Assembly (NCBI RefSeq): GCF_963921235.1
Contig: NC_086097.1
Span: 174,346,001 to 174,410,000, forward strand
Origin: Mobula hypostoma
Lineage: Eukaryota
Reading direction: 5' to 3'
Length of the DNA: 64,000 nucleotides
In this document: positions 51,048 through 64,000 of the stretch, in pieces
How positions within the stretch are numbered: the first letter of the stretch is position 1
Layout of the letters: the number at the start of each line of letters is the position of its first letter
Program-made: the position numbers and the translations under genes
Notes under the pieces: model-generated
What the model saw: the letters and a program-made list of their open reading frames with translations, nothing else
What the model was told of the DNA's origin: nothing
Database searches by the model: none

Positions 51048-53789
51048 CAATATTTAAAATGATAAAACACGATAACTTCCCATGGGGTGAATACTTCTTA
51101 TAGGTACTGTAGATGTTGGGGTATTTCAGAAGTGGGACAATCACGAACAGGAGGACATGGCTACAAAATAAGGGCTCAATCACTTATAATAGTTGCTTGA
51201 CATTTCTACTCTCAAAGGATAGTTAATTTCTGGAATTCTCTGAAGGCCAAATCTGTAAATATCTTGAAGGTAGAAATAGATAAATATTTAAATGATTGAG
51301 GAATTGAGGTTTAATTGGAACTGGCACTGAAGAGTTGAGACCAGTATAAATCAACCATGATTATACTGAATGGCAAGGGAGGCTTGAACGGGCCAAGTGA
51401 CCTACTCCTACTCTGATTTTCCTGTATTGAGAGTTTGCATTTCAAGCCCATGAACTTTCATCAGGAACATCCCCTCTCCTTGAATGCTGCCAGAGTACTT
51501 CTAGCATTTTACATTTTATTTCAGATTCCTACCAGCATTTTGCTTTTCAGTTGTTGATAATATCGACAGCAATTACTTCAGTAAATATGTAGTAATTACC
51601 TTGTAATCATAAAAAGGAAATCTGGAAATTCATCCAGTAGATATCAGTAGCAGGGTGCTGAAGTTGAAGGCCATAGAAAGTTATTATGGGATTTTTTTTG
51701 CCTCCTTCGGAACAACTATTTTATGATCTCTTAAAAAAATACACATAATAAAAATGTTACTACAGTTCAGAAAAGCCAGGTACTGTTAATGATCTGAATG
51801 AGGAATTCAACCTCTTGTATTACTGCAATGCAATAAAGTTAGCAATCCCACACTACTGTAATTTAAAACAGTGCAGTGTTACAGATTTATGAGACTCTAT
51901 ATTGTTTTATAGTTACTTTACAAGAACTTTACAACATGCATAAAATTACATATTAATGTTATTTATTTAAATATTATATAAAACTGCAACAGGAGTCACT
52001 TACTTTAAAATTGTTACAGTAATATACTTTATTCTGATCTTTAACTCATAGTAGACACTAATACTTTATTCCTAGTGCTAGGAACCTCTCAAAATATAAG
52101 AAAATTCTATTGTTCACTCTAGAACCCGGCTTCATCAGCACCTCACTCAAGTCTTCCCTTCTGTTTGAATTGTTGACTGTTTGCATCATGTCATAGCACT
52201 GAATGAGCAAATATTTCCTCCAATAAAATGGTGCAGAAAGTGAATTTCGGTTTTATGTTTCTTTAAGTTTAGGTAACCTTCTTTATCACTAGATCACTGT
52301 AATGAAGTTAAAGGTTTGTTGAGTGAAAAAAAGAAAAGATTGTAAAAAGAAGGTGAAATATTGTCCATGGATGTGTGTTTTACAAGAGGTTTTGAAAGAG
52401 TTGGAGAAGCTGAGGTGGATTTAGCAATGTTGAAATTTTAAAGAAGTTTGGAATGGTAAGTTGACTAGGGAAGTGTCAAAACCATGAATGAGGTGATGTG
52501 CTGGATATGGTGAAGTTAGTTGAGGTCATTGATATTTGTGGTTGCGATTCTTTGGAGTTAGAGACATATTGAGAAGATGAATTGACACAGAAGTGCAAAC
52601 AAGCTGAGGTGGCCACCTGACACTGGAGTTGGGAGCAACAGTGCAGTGTTGTGGAAAGCTTGATGTAGATTTGAAGTTTCTTTTTGCTCTTATTTCATTT
52701 TCACTTGAGGTCTCAATATTTGTTGTACCAACTCGCACAATATTTCTTCCTGAAATTTTTAGCTATTTGATAGTTCATTTGATGGCCCTTAACATTTGCT
52801 TCTTGATTTGTAATGTCCTTATTTTTTTGGTCTTGATAGTTTTCATAAAGGGATGTGATCTTCAAATCTGCTGAATCTCTATTACAATAAAGAAATAATT
52901 GTTGAGGTGTACATTTACTAAGATTATGGTACTTTTACAGTTCTAGGTGCGTCAGGTGTTTTCAGTGATGTACAAAGGTTTGTCAGTCCAAAGATACCAG
53001 TTTACAGTAGTTAATACATAAGCAAAACCAGTAATTAAATCACTAGCAATTGCAATAGTTGTGAAGAGATTGCTACCAGTATTGAGACCACCCTGCTATC
53101 CTTGTTGCCAGATATAATTATTCTTCCATGGTTTTAGTAGTTTCTCTTTTGGGTGGAAATTTGAAATACTGAATATTTGTAATTGAGATATTTTTTGAGC
53201 GATTTGATTGGAAATTATCCTTAAAACACTCAACTGCACAGCCAAAAATACATTCTTTCCATAGAAAAAGAGTTAGGTGACAAAGAATATAAATTTAGAT
53301 TTATTTGTGCTGGAGAGGACGGGATATGGCGGTACTGGTTGCTAATTCCTTTCTATTTCGTAAATATTATTAACTTTTAAATAATTTGTATGAAAGCTAG
53401 TATAACATTTACACTGCTAAGATAAAAATCTCTGGCTGAGGACTTAAACATGCAGCGTTATCTTGCATAACAGACAAGGTATCTCCTTTATGGGTGTGAT
53501 GACTCTTTGTTTATGACTTGGCCAATAGAAATCTAGCATGTTAACTTTGATACTTAGGATGGATTGCCTTCCTCAGTCTCAGTCTCTCCACCTCTCTCCT
53601 GCTATAAGTCCTACTTAAAATTTATATACTTGACTTTTAGTTACCTCATGAAATGTTTACTCTTTTGGTTCAGTTTCAAAGTATATGGAATTCAATTACT
53701 AAACTGTAGCAAACATGTTAGCACAGGCTAACATGATCTGGATATTTCTTAAATTATTTTGAGTGAAGATGCATACAAAACTTTCACTT

Positions 53790-56700
53790 GATCAGAATTG
53801 GGTTGAATATCACAGGCATATGTTATGAAATTTGTTAACTTTGTGGCAGCAGTACAATGCAGTACTTAAAAATAGAGAAAAAAACTATTTGTGTGTGTGT
53901 ATATATATATATTTTCATAATTTATTTATTAATAAAATAGTTAAATAAAATAAGTAGTGCAAAATAGAAATAAAAAATCTTCTTTAGTAAACTCTTTCAA
54001 TTAATGTGTCTTTTCTGCTTGATAGTTTTAACCCGCCTTTGTCTTTGACAACAGTAGCAGGTAGGCTGATGCACAAAGCTATAAGATATCTTCAAATTAA
54101 TTAATCATTTAATTAATTAATTAATTTATTATTTGGAGATATCAGCATTGGAAAACATCAATGGGAAGCTTGTTTTTATTGTACGAGTGACAGATAAACT
54201 ATTTGTGTGTGAGAGGGATTTATTTGGAACTCTGAATTTGCCTTAGTGTAGTTTTTTTTGTAGGTTCGCCATTGCATCTTGACTTTTCTGTTTCGTATCT
54301 TTTGACATAAAACCAAGCATTTAACAGTTTTTCATGATTTAATTTATTTTTAATTATTTAAGAACCTGAATTCCTAAATCACTTTGAGTATTTTACCATA
54401 TTTTTCCCATTTTCGATACATTTTATATTTTAACCATTCTATCATCATTACTGACTTTTACGTGTTTCAATCTTAAGAATTATTTACTGTGCCTCATATT
54501 TTAACACGTCCAGCTGAGATTGTCACAATACCTATTAGCTTTGTGTCTAAATTACTGACTCGAAAGTTGGAAGTATATTTATTATCAGAGTATGTATATG
54601 AGATACAACCTTGTAATTTGTCTTCTTCCAGACTGTCACAAAGCAAAGAAACACAATAGAACTCATTTAAATATCCCCACACAACAAAGACCATCAAACA
54701 CTCAATGTGCAAAAACAAGAACAAATTGTGCAACAATAAAAAAGTAAACAAATAACACATTGAATATTAACCAAAGTTCAAAGTACTTTTATTATGCAGT
54801 ATTCAACCCTGAGATTTATCTTCCCACAGACAGCTACAAAACAAAGAAACACCATGGAACCCATTCAAAGGAAACATCAAGCACCTAACACGTAAATCCC
54901 ACAAATAGCAAAAACAAGCGAAAAACCCATAAAAGTAAAACATTAAACCACATTAAGTCATTGAACAATCTAGGAATGTTCAGTTCCGTTCAAGTTAGCG
55001 CTGTGTCATTCTTTGACTGCAGGCCGCAGAGCCAGTGCACTCCAATCAAAATCACACAAAAAGCATTAGAAAAGGAGTAACCAGAAACCATAAAGTCCCC
55101 GAAAGTGAGTCCACAGCCAAGGAGCCAATTCAGCACTGAGGTGTGTGCTGATGGTTGCAGGTCGCAGCTGCAGAGTCAGTTCAGTGATGAAGCAAGTAAA
55201 CCTTGCAGGATAGTGAACTGAGCACCTGTTTGTCCTTTGCCCTAAGCCTTGATACCTTGATCAAATTGCGCAAATAGTAAAAAGAAATAAACGAAAACAC
55301 ATGGAATGTGAACTGCAGAGTTTCTGAAAGTGAGTCCACAGTTGTGGAGCCGTTAAGCACTGAGGCGAGTGAAGCCTATGCAGCAGCTTGATGGCTGCAA
55401 GGCAGCAGCTCCTCCTGAACTTGCTGGTGTGGGACCCAAGTTCTGCACCTCCCACCCGACAGTAGTAGTGAGAAGAGAGGGAGGCCAGTCAAACACAGGC
55501 AGATCGCACTGTTTGTTTTCCTCTCTAGTCCTCGAAAATTTTAATCTTGTTGACACTCTATTCAGCGCAGAGTATTGGGCCTTTGGGCTTGACACAGTGT
55601 CAATTCCCAGCGATGGCTGCCTCATCTGTACCTGCACTCTTGTGAGTCTAGTTTGCTGAATCTCCCGGGAGATCACAGAAGCACCAGATCGTTTAGTCAG
55701 TTCAAAAGAATATCCTTAAAACAGAAATTACAGGCTGCAGACTGCAGCAATTGCAGTTCAGACGAAGAATCATATCTACTAGAGAGTATACCAGGATCAG
55801 GTTTAATATCATTGGCGAATGCCGTGAAATTTGTTAATAATTATAAAAACCACCATTAATTACATTGTTTATGTTTGTCCCCGTTATAGAGATGGTGAAA
55901 TTTACAGCTTTTTGCAGCTTATTTCAATCCCATGCAGTTCCCCACGCCCCATACCAGATGGTGATGCAGCCAGTTAGAAAGCTTTCCATGGTACAGCTGT
56001 AGAAATTTGCGAGTGCCTTTGGTGACGTACCAAATCTCCTCAAACCCCTAATGAAATATACCAGCTATTGTGCCTTCTTTGTAGCTGCATCCATATTTTG
56101 GGTCCAGGATGGATACTCTGATATTGACACCCGGGACCTTGAAATTGCTCATTCTTCCCACTTCTGATTCCTCTGAGGACTGGTGTGTGTTCCCTTGTCT
56201 GACCCTTTCTGAAGTCCACAATTTCTTCTTTGGTCTTGCTGACATTGAGTGCAAGGTTGTTGCTGTGACGCCACTCAACTAGCTGATCTATCTCGCTCCT
56301 GTATCTTTATTTTTCCCTTTCAGGGTTCTTTTGAAGACCCTAACCTGGAGTTACACACTGACTTTGGTTCTCTGCAGGAATGGGACCCGTTCTCAGGGTT
56401 TGAGGACCGGCTGATGTTCGGCATGCCAAGGGGTAGGCCTGAGACGAAGCCTAAGATCTCGGGGCTCTAGAGACAGGCGGATCAAGGGTCGGCGTCATGG
56501 CAGGAGACTCATGTGTCGTCGGGGAGGCCAGAAAATCTTTCGCTGTTGGCCCGAAGACCTGAGATCTTTGCGATCTCCAGGCACAGAGCTTGTAAAAACC
56601 GACAAACCAAACTTTTTAACATCATAAACCAGTGGGTTGTTGTTAGATCTCCCACTTGCTGTGAAAATCGGGGACACCTCCCTCTCCCTTATTAGGGAGA

Positions 56701-57080
56701 GAGAGAAAACCTGTGGTTTGTTGAATGCCAGATGAATTGCGATAGTCTTTGGGGTAACTGCAAGGGCTGTGTCTTTGCTATTGCTTAGCTCATGCTTGTG
56801 CTCAGTAGTGGGCACGCTTTTTGTTTTGCCAGTGGGGGGAGGGGGATTGTTGCTCGCCGCCGCTTACACACAGGAGGTGGGAGCTGTGGGGAGGAACTTT
56901 GGGGTTCTCGCATTTAACTGTTGTTCATTCTTTGGGTCACTTCTCTGTTTTTGTGGAAGTTTTACGAAGAAAAAGCATTTCAGGATGTATATTGTATACA
57001 TTTCTCAGACATTAAATTGAACCTTCGTATGCCTTATTGACACCATCTGAAATTCTGCCAACAATAGTTGTATCGTCATT
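53790..57080 (-). mobile_element. Cluster of Rex1-like LINE 3' ends and RT fragments with nested non-coding repeats
   Basis: ATCAGAAT/ATCAGGTTT tails at ~53791 and ~55797 resemble 17882. 55900-56300 and 57025-57078 align by eye to 18310-18750. Confidence 0.6.
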
Positions 57081-57099
57081 TCAGTAGTTGTATTGTCAC

Positions 57100-58830
57100 G
57101 TCAATTGTGTATGGAACCAGAGGAGATAGCAGAGGTACTTAATGAGTACTTTGCTTCAGTATTCACTACGGAAAAGGATCTTGGCGATTGTAGGGATGAC
57201 TTACAGTGGACTGAAAAGCTTGAGCATGCAGATATTAAGAAAGAGGATGTGCAGGAGCTTTTGGAAAGCATCACGGTGGATAAGTCAACGGGACTGGAGG
57301 AGATGTACCCCAGGGTACTGTGGGAGGTGAGGGAGGGGATTGCTGAGCCTCTGGCGATGATCTTTGCATCATCAATAGGGACGGGAGAGGTTCCGGAGGA
57401 TTGGAGGGTTGCGGATGCTATTCCATTATTCAAGTAAGGGAGTAGAGATAGCTCAGGAAGTTATATACCAGTGAGTCTGACTTCAGTGGTTGGTAGGTTG
57501 ATGGAGAAGATCCTGAGAAGCAGGATTTATGAACATTTGGAGAGGCATAATATGATTAGGAACAGCCAGCATGGCTTTGTGAAAGGCACGTCATGCCTTA
57601 CGAGCCTGATTGAATTTTTTGAGGATGTGACTAAGCACATTGATGATGGTAGAGCATTAGATGTAGTGTATATGGATTTCAGCAAGGAATTTGATAAGGT
57701 ACCCCATGTAAGACTTATTGAGAAAATAAGGAGGCATGGGATCCAAGGGGAAATTGCTTTGTGGATCGAGAACTGGCTTGCCCACGGAAGGCAAAGAGTG
57801 GTTGTAGATGGGTCATATTCTGCATGGAGGTCGGTGACCAGTGGTGTGCATTAGGGATCTGTTCTGGGTTCCCTACTGTTCGAGATTTTTCTAAATGACC
57901 TATATGAAGAAGTGGAGGGATGGTTAGTAAATTTGCTGATGACATGGAAGTTGGAGGTGTTGTGGATAGTGTGGAGGGCTGACAGAGGTTACAGCAGAAC
58001 ATTGATAGGATGCAAAACTGGGCTGAGAAGTGGCAGATGGGGTTCAAACCAGATAAGTGTGAGGTGGTTCATTTTGGTAGGTCAAATATGACAGAGTATA
58101 GTATTAATGGTAAGACTCTTGGCACTGTGGAGCATCAGAGGGATCTTTGGGTCAGAGTCCATAGGACACTCAAAGCTGCTGCGCAGGTTGACTCTGTGGT
58201 TAAGAAAGCATACAGTGCATTGGCCTTCATCAATCGTGGGATTGAGTTTAGGAGCCGAGAGGTAATGTTGCAGCTATATAGGACCCTGGTCAGACCCCAC
58301 TTGGAGTACTGTGCTCAGTTCTGGTCGCCTCACTTAGGAAGGATGTGGAAACCATAGAAAGGGTGCAGAGGAGATTTACAAGGATGTTTCCTGGATTGGG
58401 GAGCATGCCTTATGAGAATAGGTTGAGTGAACTTGGCCTTTTTTCCTCGGAGCGACAGAGAGGTGATCTGATAGAGGTGTATAAGATGATGAGAGGCATT
58501 GATCATGTGGATGGTCAGAAGCTTTTTCCCAGGGCTGAAATGGCTAGCACGAGAGGGCACAGTTTTAAGATGTTGGAAGTAGGTACAGAGGAGATATCGG
58601 GGTAAGTTTTTTCCGCAGAGAGTGGTGAATGCGTGGAATGGGCTGCCGGTGACGGTGGTGGAGGCGGATACCATAGAGTCTTTTAAGAGACTCCTGGACA
58701 GGTACATGGAGCTCAGAAAAATAGAGGACTATGGGTAACCCTAGGTAATTTCTCAGGTAAGGACATGTTTGGCACAACTTTGTGGGCTGAAGGGCCTGTG
58801 TTGGGCTGTAGGTTTTCTGTGTTTCTATGT
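57100..58830 (+). mobile_element. 5'-truncated CR1 LINE (RT to 3' tail) inserted into the KFADD codons of a Rex1 fragment
   Basis: ORFs 57093.., 57471.. (QHGFVKG, YMDFSKEFDKVPH), 58010.. and 58345.. The tail is TTTCTGTGTTTCTATG. The Rex1 flanks are GTTGTATCGTCA (57067-57078) and GCAAATTTATAG (58833-58844). Confidence 0.9.
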
Positions 58831-59589
58831 CAGCAAATTTATAGCTCTAGATATAATTTAAAAACTAGTCATTTCATGAGCTGTCTGCAAAATGTCGCCA
58901 TTGGTGGCTGGTGCCATCTTGCCTAAAGGTTCACTCATTAAGTAGATCCTGACAGAACACCACCACCCACTTTAAGAAATCATGCTTAATTTCTTCATTA
59001 TACTTTCTAACTGATTTTTTTTTTTGATTTTCTACCTGATTTTAAACCTATTTTAATCCTCTCTTTCAAATTTAATTTAGCAATGTTTTCTGTTTTTGTT
59101 CTTGAATCTTTACAGGAATGTTTAAAAGTTTATGACATCTATAAATTCAAATACAATCTTGAAAGTTTCTTTCCTCTTATCCTCAGTTAAATCTAAATTT
59201 TACTAAAATTGGTCTTTTACCATCTAATTCTATTGTTGGGGCTTTAAAAATTATGTTTACTGCTGCAAGGTACTCATGCACTTGAAGCTAATTTTCTAGT
59301 TTATTATGTTACTCAGGTACCAGCGTATAATTATTTCAATGAGCTAGAGCAGAAATTTTAGGGGAATTAAGAAATTTTTGAAAATAACCAGTAGCATTGG
59401 CTATATATATAAAGCACTCTAGAGCTTGGAGTTTGAGGCCAAGAAGAGAGTAAGGAGAGGTATTGGGAAAAATGTCATGCAGGTCTGGAATGCGTATTGA
59501 TATGAAGACTTTAAGGGAAAAGAATAGATTCGGAAAAAAGTGCTTTCCAAGCAATGTGCTGAATTTTTGATTGCTTGAACAAAGAACTG

Positions 59590-62500
59590 ACACAATACCA
59601 GATCATTTGTTGTCTCCTCAATGCCAGGGTCAAGGACATCTTGGATTGGAAGAAGGGTGGCTGAGCAGCCAGAGGTTGTAGTCCACATTAGTGCCGATGA
59701 CATGGGTAGGATGGGTAATGAGGGTCTGCAAAGTGAGTTCAGGGAATTAGGTGCAAAGTTAAAGGATGGGACTTCCAGGGTTGTAATCGCAGGATTGCTA
59801 CCCATGCCACATGCAAGTGAGGCTAGAAATAGGAAGATCATACAGTTTAACATACGGCTGAAGTGTTGGTGTAGGAGGGATGGCTTCAGATTTTTGAATC
59901 ATTGGGCTCTCTTCCAGGGAAAGTGGGACCTGTACAGAAGGGACAGTTTACGCCTATCCCTGGAAGCAGACTAACATCCTAGCGGGAGGGTTTGCTAATG
60001 CTGTGGGGTGAGTGGCAGGGGTAGGTGGTGATGGCGATGGCTTAAAGTTTGCTAGAGTTGCAGAGGAATGGGAACCAGAGTGCCAGAGCAGATAGTGGAG
60101 TGGCTGTGGTAAAAGATATTGTTAAGCCTACATACAACGCCAGGAATGAAAAGTTAGAATGGTGGGACTAAAGTTCTGAGCTACATATATTTCAATGCAA
60201 GGAGTAGTGTAGGAAAGGTGGATGAGTTTAGGGCAGGACACGGATCATCACGTGGAATTATGACATTATAGCTATTAGTGAGACTTGATTGCAGGAAAGG
60301 CAGGACTGGTAGCCCAATGTTCCATGGTTCTATTATAATAGATATGATAGAGCAGGGGAGATTAAAGAGGAAGCAGTGGCATTACTAGTCAGGGAAAATG
60401 TCACAGCAATATTCAGTCAGGATAGATTGGAGAGCTCATCTAGTGAGGTGTTTTGGGTAGAATTGAGGAATAGGAAAGGTATGACCATGTTAATGGGATT
60501 ATATTATAGACCACCAAACAGTCTGTGGATTTAGAAGAGCAAATTTATAAAGAGATCGCAGGCAGTTGCAAGAAAATAAATGATTTTTTACTTTCCACAT
60601 ATTGGCTGGGACTCCCATACTGTAAAAGGACTGGATGGGAAGATGTGCTCAGGAAAGTTTCCTCAATTAGTCCATAATCAGTCCCAACTAGAGAGTGTGA
60701 TACAGGCAGTCCCCAGGTTACGAACGAGTTCCGTTGCTGAGTCCATCCTTAGTCGTATTTGTATATAAGTCGGAACAGGTACATCCGGTATTATTTAGTA
60801 TCAGTTAGTCAAACATTTGTCTTAGTATATAGTATATTTTTCCTTTCAATGCATATAAAACACTTAAGAAGCGTATGTATTTCAATAATTAAACCACTGC
60901 GTTGCTGAGCAATAATTGTAGCTTTCATTGGGGCAGAGCCTTTCACATGCTCCATTATTCTCACTTCATCCTTTATCCTTTAAAATTGTTCCGATCGTTG
61001 ACCAACTGTAGCCTAAAGCTTTTCCAATGACAGATGGCGTTTCACCTCTTTCCGATCGCTATTATTTCCACTTTATTTTCAATCACGATTGTTTTCCGTC
61101 AACGGAACAGAAACACTGTGGGTTCAGCAGCAACGGGTCCTGTGCTTCCCCGGGTCCTAAGGTCCTCCAGCACTGAGACAGGTTAAATGGGACAAGTGGG
61201 GTTGGTGCTGACTAGAAAGTGGGGCGGGGGGGTCAGGGTGAATCTTGCTAAGAAATATTTCAGCCAAATACAAAGTTACACACTCAACACAGTGTTAATG
61301 GCAACAACTTAAAATGGCGAACGGCGTCGTGATCTGACTTAAAATGACGGACAGCGTTCTCCTTCTTCTGTTCGTAAGTACGAGTTGTTCGTAAGTCGGA
61401 TATTTGTAAGTCAGGGACTACCTGTGCTATATCTGAGGTTCGGGAATGAGACAGGGCAGGTGACAGAAGTTGTGTAGGGGAACATTTTGTATCTAATGAT
61501 CATAATGCTATTAATTTCAAAGTAATTATGGGAGTCTGGTGGTTGAGTAGAGATTCTAAATTGGAGAAGGGCCAATTTTGATGGTATCAGAAAGGATCTG
61601 GCAAGTGTGGATTGGGATAGGCTGTTTTCTGACAAATGTTTACTTGGTAAATGGGAGGCCTTCAAGAGTGAAATTTCTAGACTACAGATTTTGTGTGTTC
61701 CTGTCAGAGTAAAAGGGAAGGATAGCAGGTTTATGCAACCTTAGTTTTTGAGAGATATTGAGGCCCTGGTTAAGAAAACAAAGGAAGTGCATAGCAGGAA
61801 AAGGCAGGCAGGAACTAATTAGGTACTTGAGGAATATAGGAAATGCAAGAGAGACACTTTAGAAGGAAATCAGGAGGGCTAAGAAGAAGTTAGGAGGTTG
61901 CTCTAGCAGACAAGGTGCAGGAGAATCCTAAGACCCTTCATCAGGACAGCATCTGCAGATTTTCTCTTGTTTGGGACTCACTCTTGGTGTTGGTGGATGG
62001 TGTTCGAAATTACTCCGTTCTGACTTTTCTCCACTTCGCACGCCCCAACTCCATCTCGACCTTGCTCCAACTTTGCATTGCACCCGCACGCCTTGACCTT
62101 TGAGTCAGCCTCACTTCCGCTCGCCTCTTCAGTGTTTGTAGTGATCGCTAACCACAATTTTTACAGAAGTAGTTTTATTAATAAACTATTTAGTTTTATT
62201 TTTTGCTTTATGAACCGCCAGTAAGCTGTCTTCCGTCTTCAGGAACACCATCTGTGGCTGTCTTGGGGCAGATTAGGGTGGATAAATCCCCAGGGCCTGA
62301 CCGTGTGTTCCCTTGGACCAAGTGGGAGGCTAGTGCAGAAATCACAGGGACCCTAACAGAGATACTTAAAACATCCTTATCCATGGGTGAGGTGCGGGAG
62401 AATTGGAGGGTAGCTAATATTGTTCCGTTGTTTAAGAAAGGCTCTAAGAATAAGCCAGGAAGCCATAGGCCAGTAAGATTGACATCAGTGATGGGAAAAT

Positions 62501-63055
62501 TATTAGAATTTATTCTAAGGGAGCGAATATCTAAGGATTTGCATAGACAGGAACTGATTAGGGATAGTCAACATGGTTGTGTGTGTGGTTGTCGTGTCCA
62601 ACCAATCTTATAGACTTTTTTGAGGAAATTACCGGGGAAGTTAATGAAGGCAAGGCAGTGGATGTTGTTTACATGGACTTTAGCAAGGCATTTGATAAGG
62701 TTCCCCCAAGGGGGGGTTGGTCAAGAAGGTTCAGTCACTTGGCATTCAAGATGAGGTCATAAATTGGATTAGACATTGGTGTCGCAGAAGAAGCCATCCA
62801 CCATATTGCTGATGGTTGCCTCTCAGACAAGAGGCCTGTGACCAGTGGTGTGCCATAGGGATTGGTGCTAGTTCCGTTGTTGTTTGTCATCAATATCAAT
62901 GATTTGGATGATAATGTGATAACATGGATCAGCAGATTTGCTGTGGCATCAAGATTTGGGGTGTAGTGGATAGTGATGAAGATTATCAAAGCTTGCAGTG
63001 GGCTATGGTGCAGCTGGAAAAATGGGCTGAAAACGGACAGATGCAAGTTAATGCA
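59590..63055 (+). mobile_element. Degenerate CR1 LINE retaining the ORF1 SGNH-esterase-like domain and parts of ORF2
   Basis: ORF 59621..59974 (QPEVVVHISADDMG...RVVIAGLLP...WDLYRRDSL) resembles the CR1 ORF1 esterase domain. The endonuclease starts at ~60180. ORFs 62203.. (KSPGPD) and 62577.. (YMDFSKAFDKVP). Confidence 0.85.
60703..61424. mobile_element. Tigger-like non-autonomous DNA transposon inserted in CR1
   Basis: TA|CAGGCAGTCCCCAGGTTACGAA at the left end and TTTGTAAGTCAGGGACTACCTG|TG at the right end. The CR1 endonuclease sequence resumes after it. Confidence 0.82.
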
Positions 63056-63320
63056 GACTCCTCCTTTTCTCCTATGGTCCTCTTGCCTCTCCTATCAGAT
63101 TCCTTCCTCTCCAGCCCTTTATCTTTCCTACCCACCTGACTTCACCTATCATCTTCTAGCTATCCTCCTTCCCCTCCCACCACCTTTTTTTTATTCTGGC
63201 ATTTTTCCCTTCCTTTCCAGTTGTGAGGAAGGGTCTCTGCCCAAAACATTGACTGTTCATTTATTTCCCTAGATGCTGCCTGAACTGCTGAGTTCCTCCA
63301 GCATTTTGTGTGTGTGTCTG
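63056..63320 (+). mobile_element. Old PLE 3' terminus (pyrimidine-rich tract plus decayed hammerhead)
   Basis: CAGTT-GTGAGGA-AGGGTCTCTGCCC-AAAA-CATT-GACTG at 63218-63255, followed by AGATGCTGCCTG...TTGTGTGTGT. Same layout as 40210-40603. Confidence 0.75.
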
Positions 63321-63329
63321 TGTTTTGCC

Positions 63330-64000
63330 TCACACAATAACCCTTTCATTCCCGGAATGGTCCTCTAATGCCAGCACATCTTTTTTTTATATAAGGGGCA
63401 ACCAGCTGCTCAAACTAAGCCAATTGTGGTCTGACCAATGCCTTAGAAAGTCTCAGAATTACATCCTTGCCCTTATATTCTTGTCCTTCTTGAAATGAGT
63501 GCTAACATTGCATTTGTCTTCCTTACCCCTGATTCAACCTTCAATTTAACCTTTAGGGAACCCAGCATGAGGACTCCCAAGAACCTTTGCACCTCAGATT
63601 TTTGAACTTTCTCCCTGTTCAGATAGTAGTCTGTCTTTATTCTTTCTACCAAAGTGTATGACTATATTCTGTTTGCCATTTCTTTACCCATTCTCCCAAT
63701 ATGTTTAAGTCCTACTGCAGGCTCCCTGTATCCTCAACACTACCTGTCCCTCCACCTATCTTCGTATCCTCTGCAAACTTGGCCACAAAGCTATCAACTC
63801 CATCATCCAAATCATTGACATATAACGTGATAAGAAATTATCTCAACACCAAACCCCATGGAACACAACAAGTTACTGGCAGCAAACTTGAAAAGGCCCC
63901 AAGCCTCGTGTGCAGCAACTTGTCAAAGACCTTATGAAAATGTAAGTAAGCAACATCCATAAACTATTCTTAGTCTACCCTGCCTGTTATTTTCTCAAAG
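63330..64000 (-). mobile_element. Degenerate CR1 RT fragment, runs off the window end
   Basis: Aligns by eye to 32290-32990. TCCTCTGCAAACTT at ~63767-63780 is the reverse complement of the KFAED codons. Confidence 0.85.

Larger units (their letters stand above)
42681..51109 (-). mobile_element. Tc1-family transposon with long IR/DR-type terminal repeats, ~1.6 kb once the nested L1 and LTR are removed
   Basis: TA|TGGTGCCTATAAAAAGTATTCACC at the left end and GGTGAATACTTCTTATAGGTACTG|TA at the right end. Inner repeats at ~42881 and ~50041. Pieces 42681-43527, 49494-50190 and 51052-51109 total 1602 bp. Decayed transposase on the - strand. Confidence 0.9.
41795..51430 (+). mobile_element. Old CR1 LINE (41795-42680 and 51110-51430) split by a Tc1 insertion
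   Basis: Decayed RT motifs at 41800-42670. The sequence reads through the TA site as ...GGACTAACAAAG|TA|GATGTTGGG, and the CR1 3' UTR is at 51340-51425. Confidence 0.75.

Noticed and set aside
61996..62252. Possible short solo LTR (GATGGTGTTC...GAACACCATC, AATAAA at ~62180)
   Set aside because: The 10-bp inverted ends are present, but I could not find a target-site duplication, so it is not called.

Overview
Vertebrate genomic DNA, most likely a cartilaginous fish (inferred from the repeat content: abundant CR1 LINEs, V-SINE/HE1-like SINEs, Rex1, Tc1). It is not a prokaryotic window. The only host coding sequence I can support is one 168-nt + strand exon (7691-7858) of a Hippo/MST kinase (STK3 or STK4) that contains the activation loop. 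Everything else is intron, with more than 56 kb of uninterrupted intron downstream, packed with nested mobile elements: CR1, Rex1/Babar, a near full-length L1, Tc1 and Tigger DNA transposons, solo LTRs, SINEs and Penelope-like elements (PLEs). The most interesting signal is a PLE system. A 3.0-kb RT plus GIY-YIG element with an inverted arm (37566-40603, 13-bp TSD) and a family of ~200-bp hairpin derivatives (youngest at 19238-19447, perfect 81-bp stem, 14-bp TSD) all carry a minimal type I hammerhead ribozyme motif (GUC-CUGACGA-AGGgucucggCCU-GAAA-CG-UC^GAC). The best-preserved motifs are antisense to the host gene, and every sense copy is damaged. Also notable are a 1.6-kb fully palindromic Tc1 made of two right ends, a CR1 with twin-priming geometry, and a four-level nest (CR1<-Tc1<-L1<-mini-L1, plus a solo LTR). 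All alignments were done by eye, and boundaries of old repeats are approximate.
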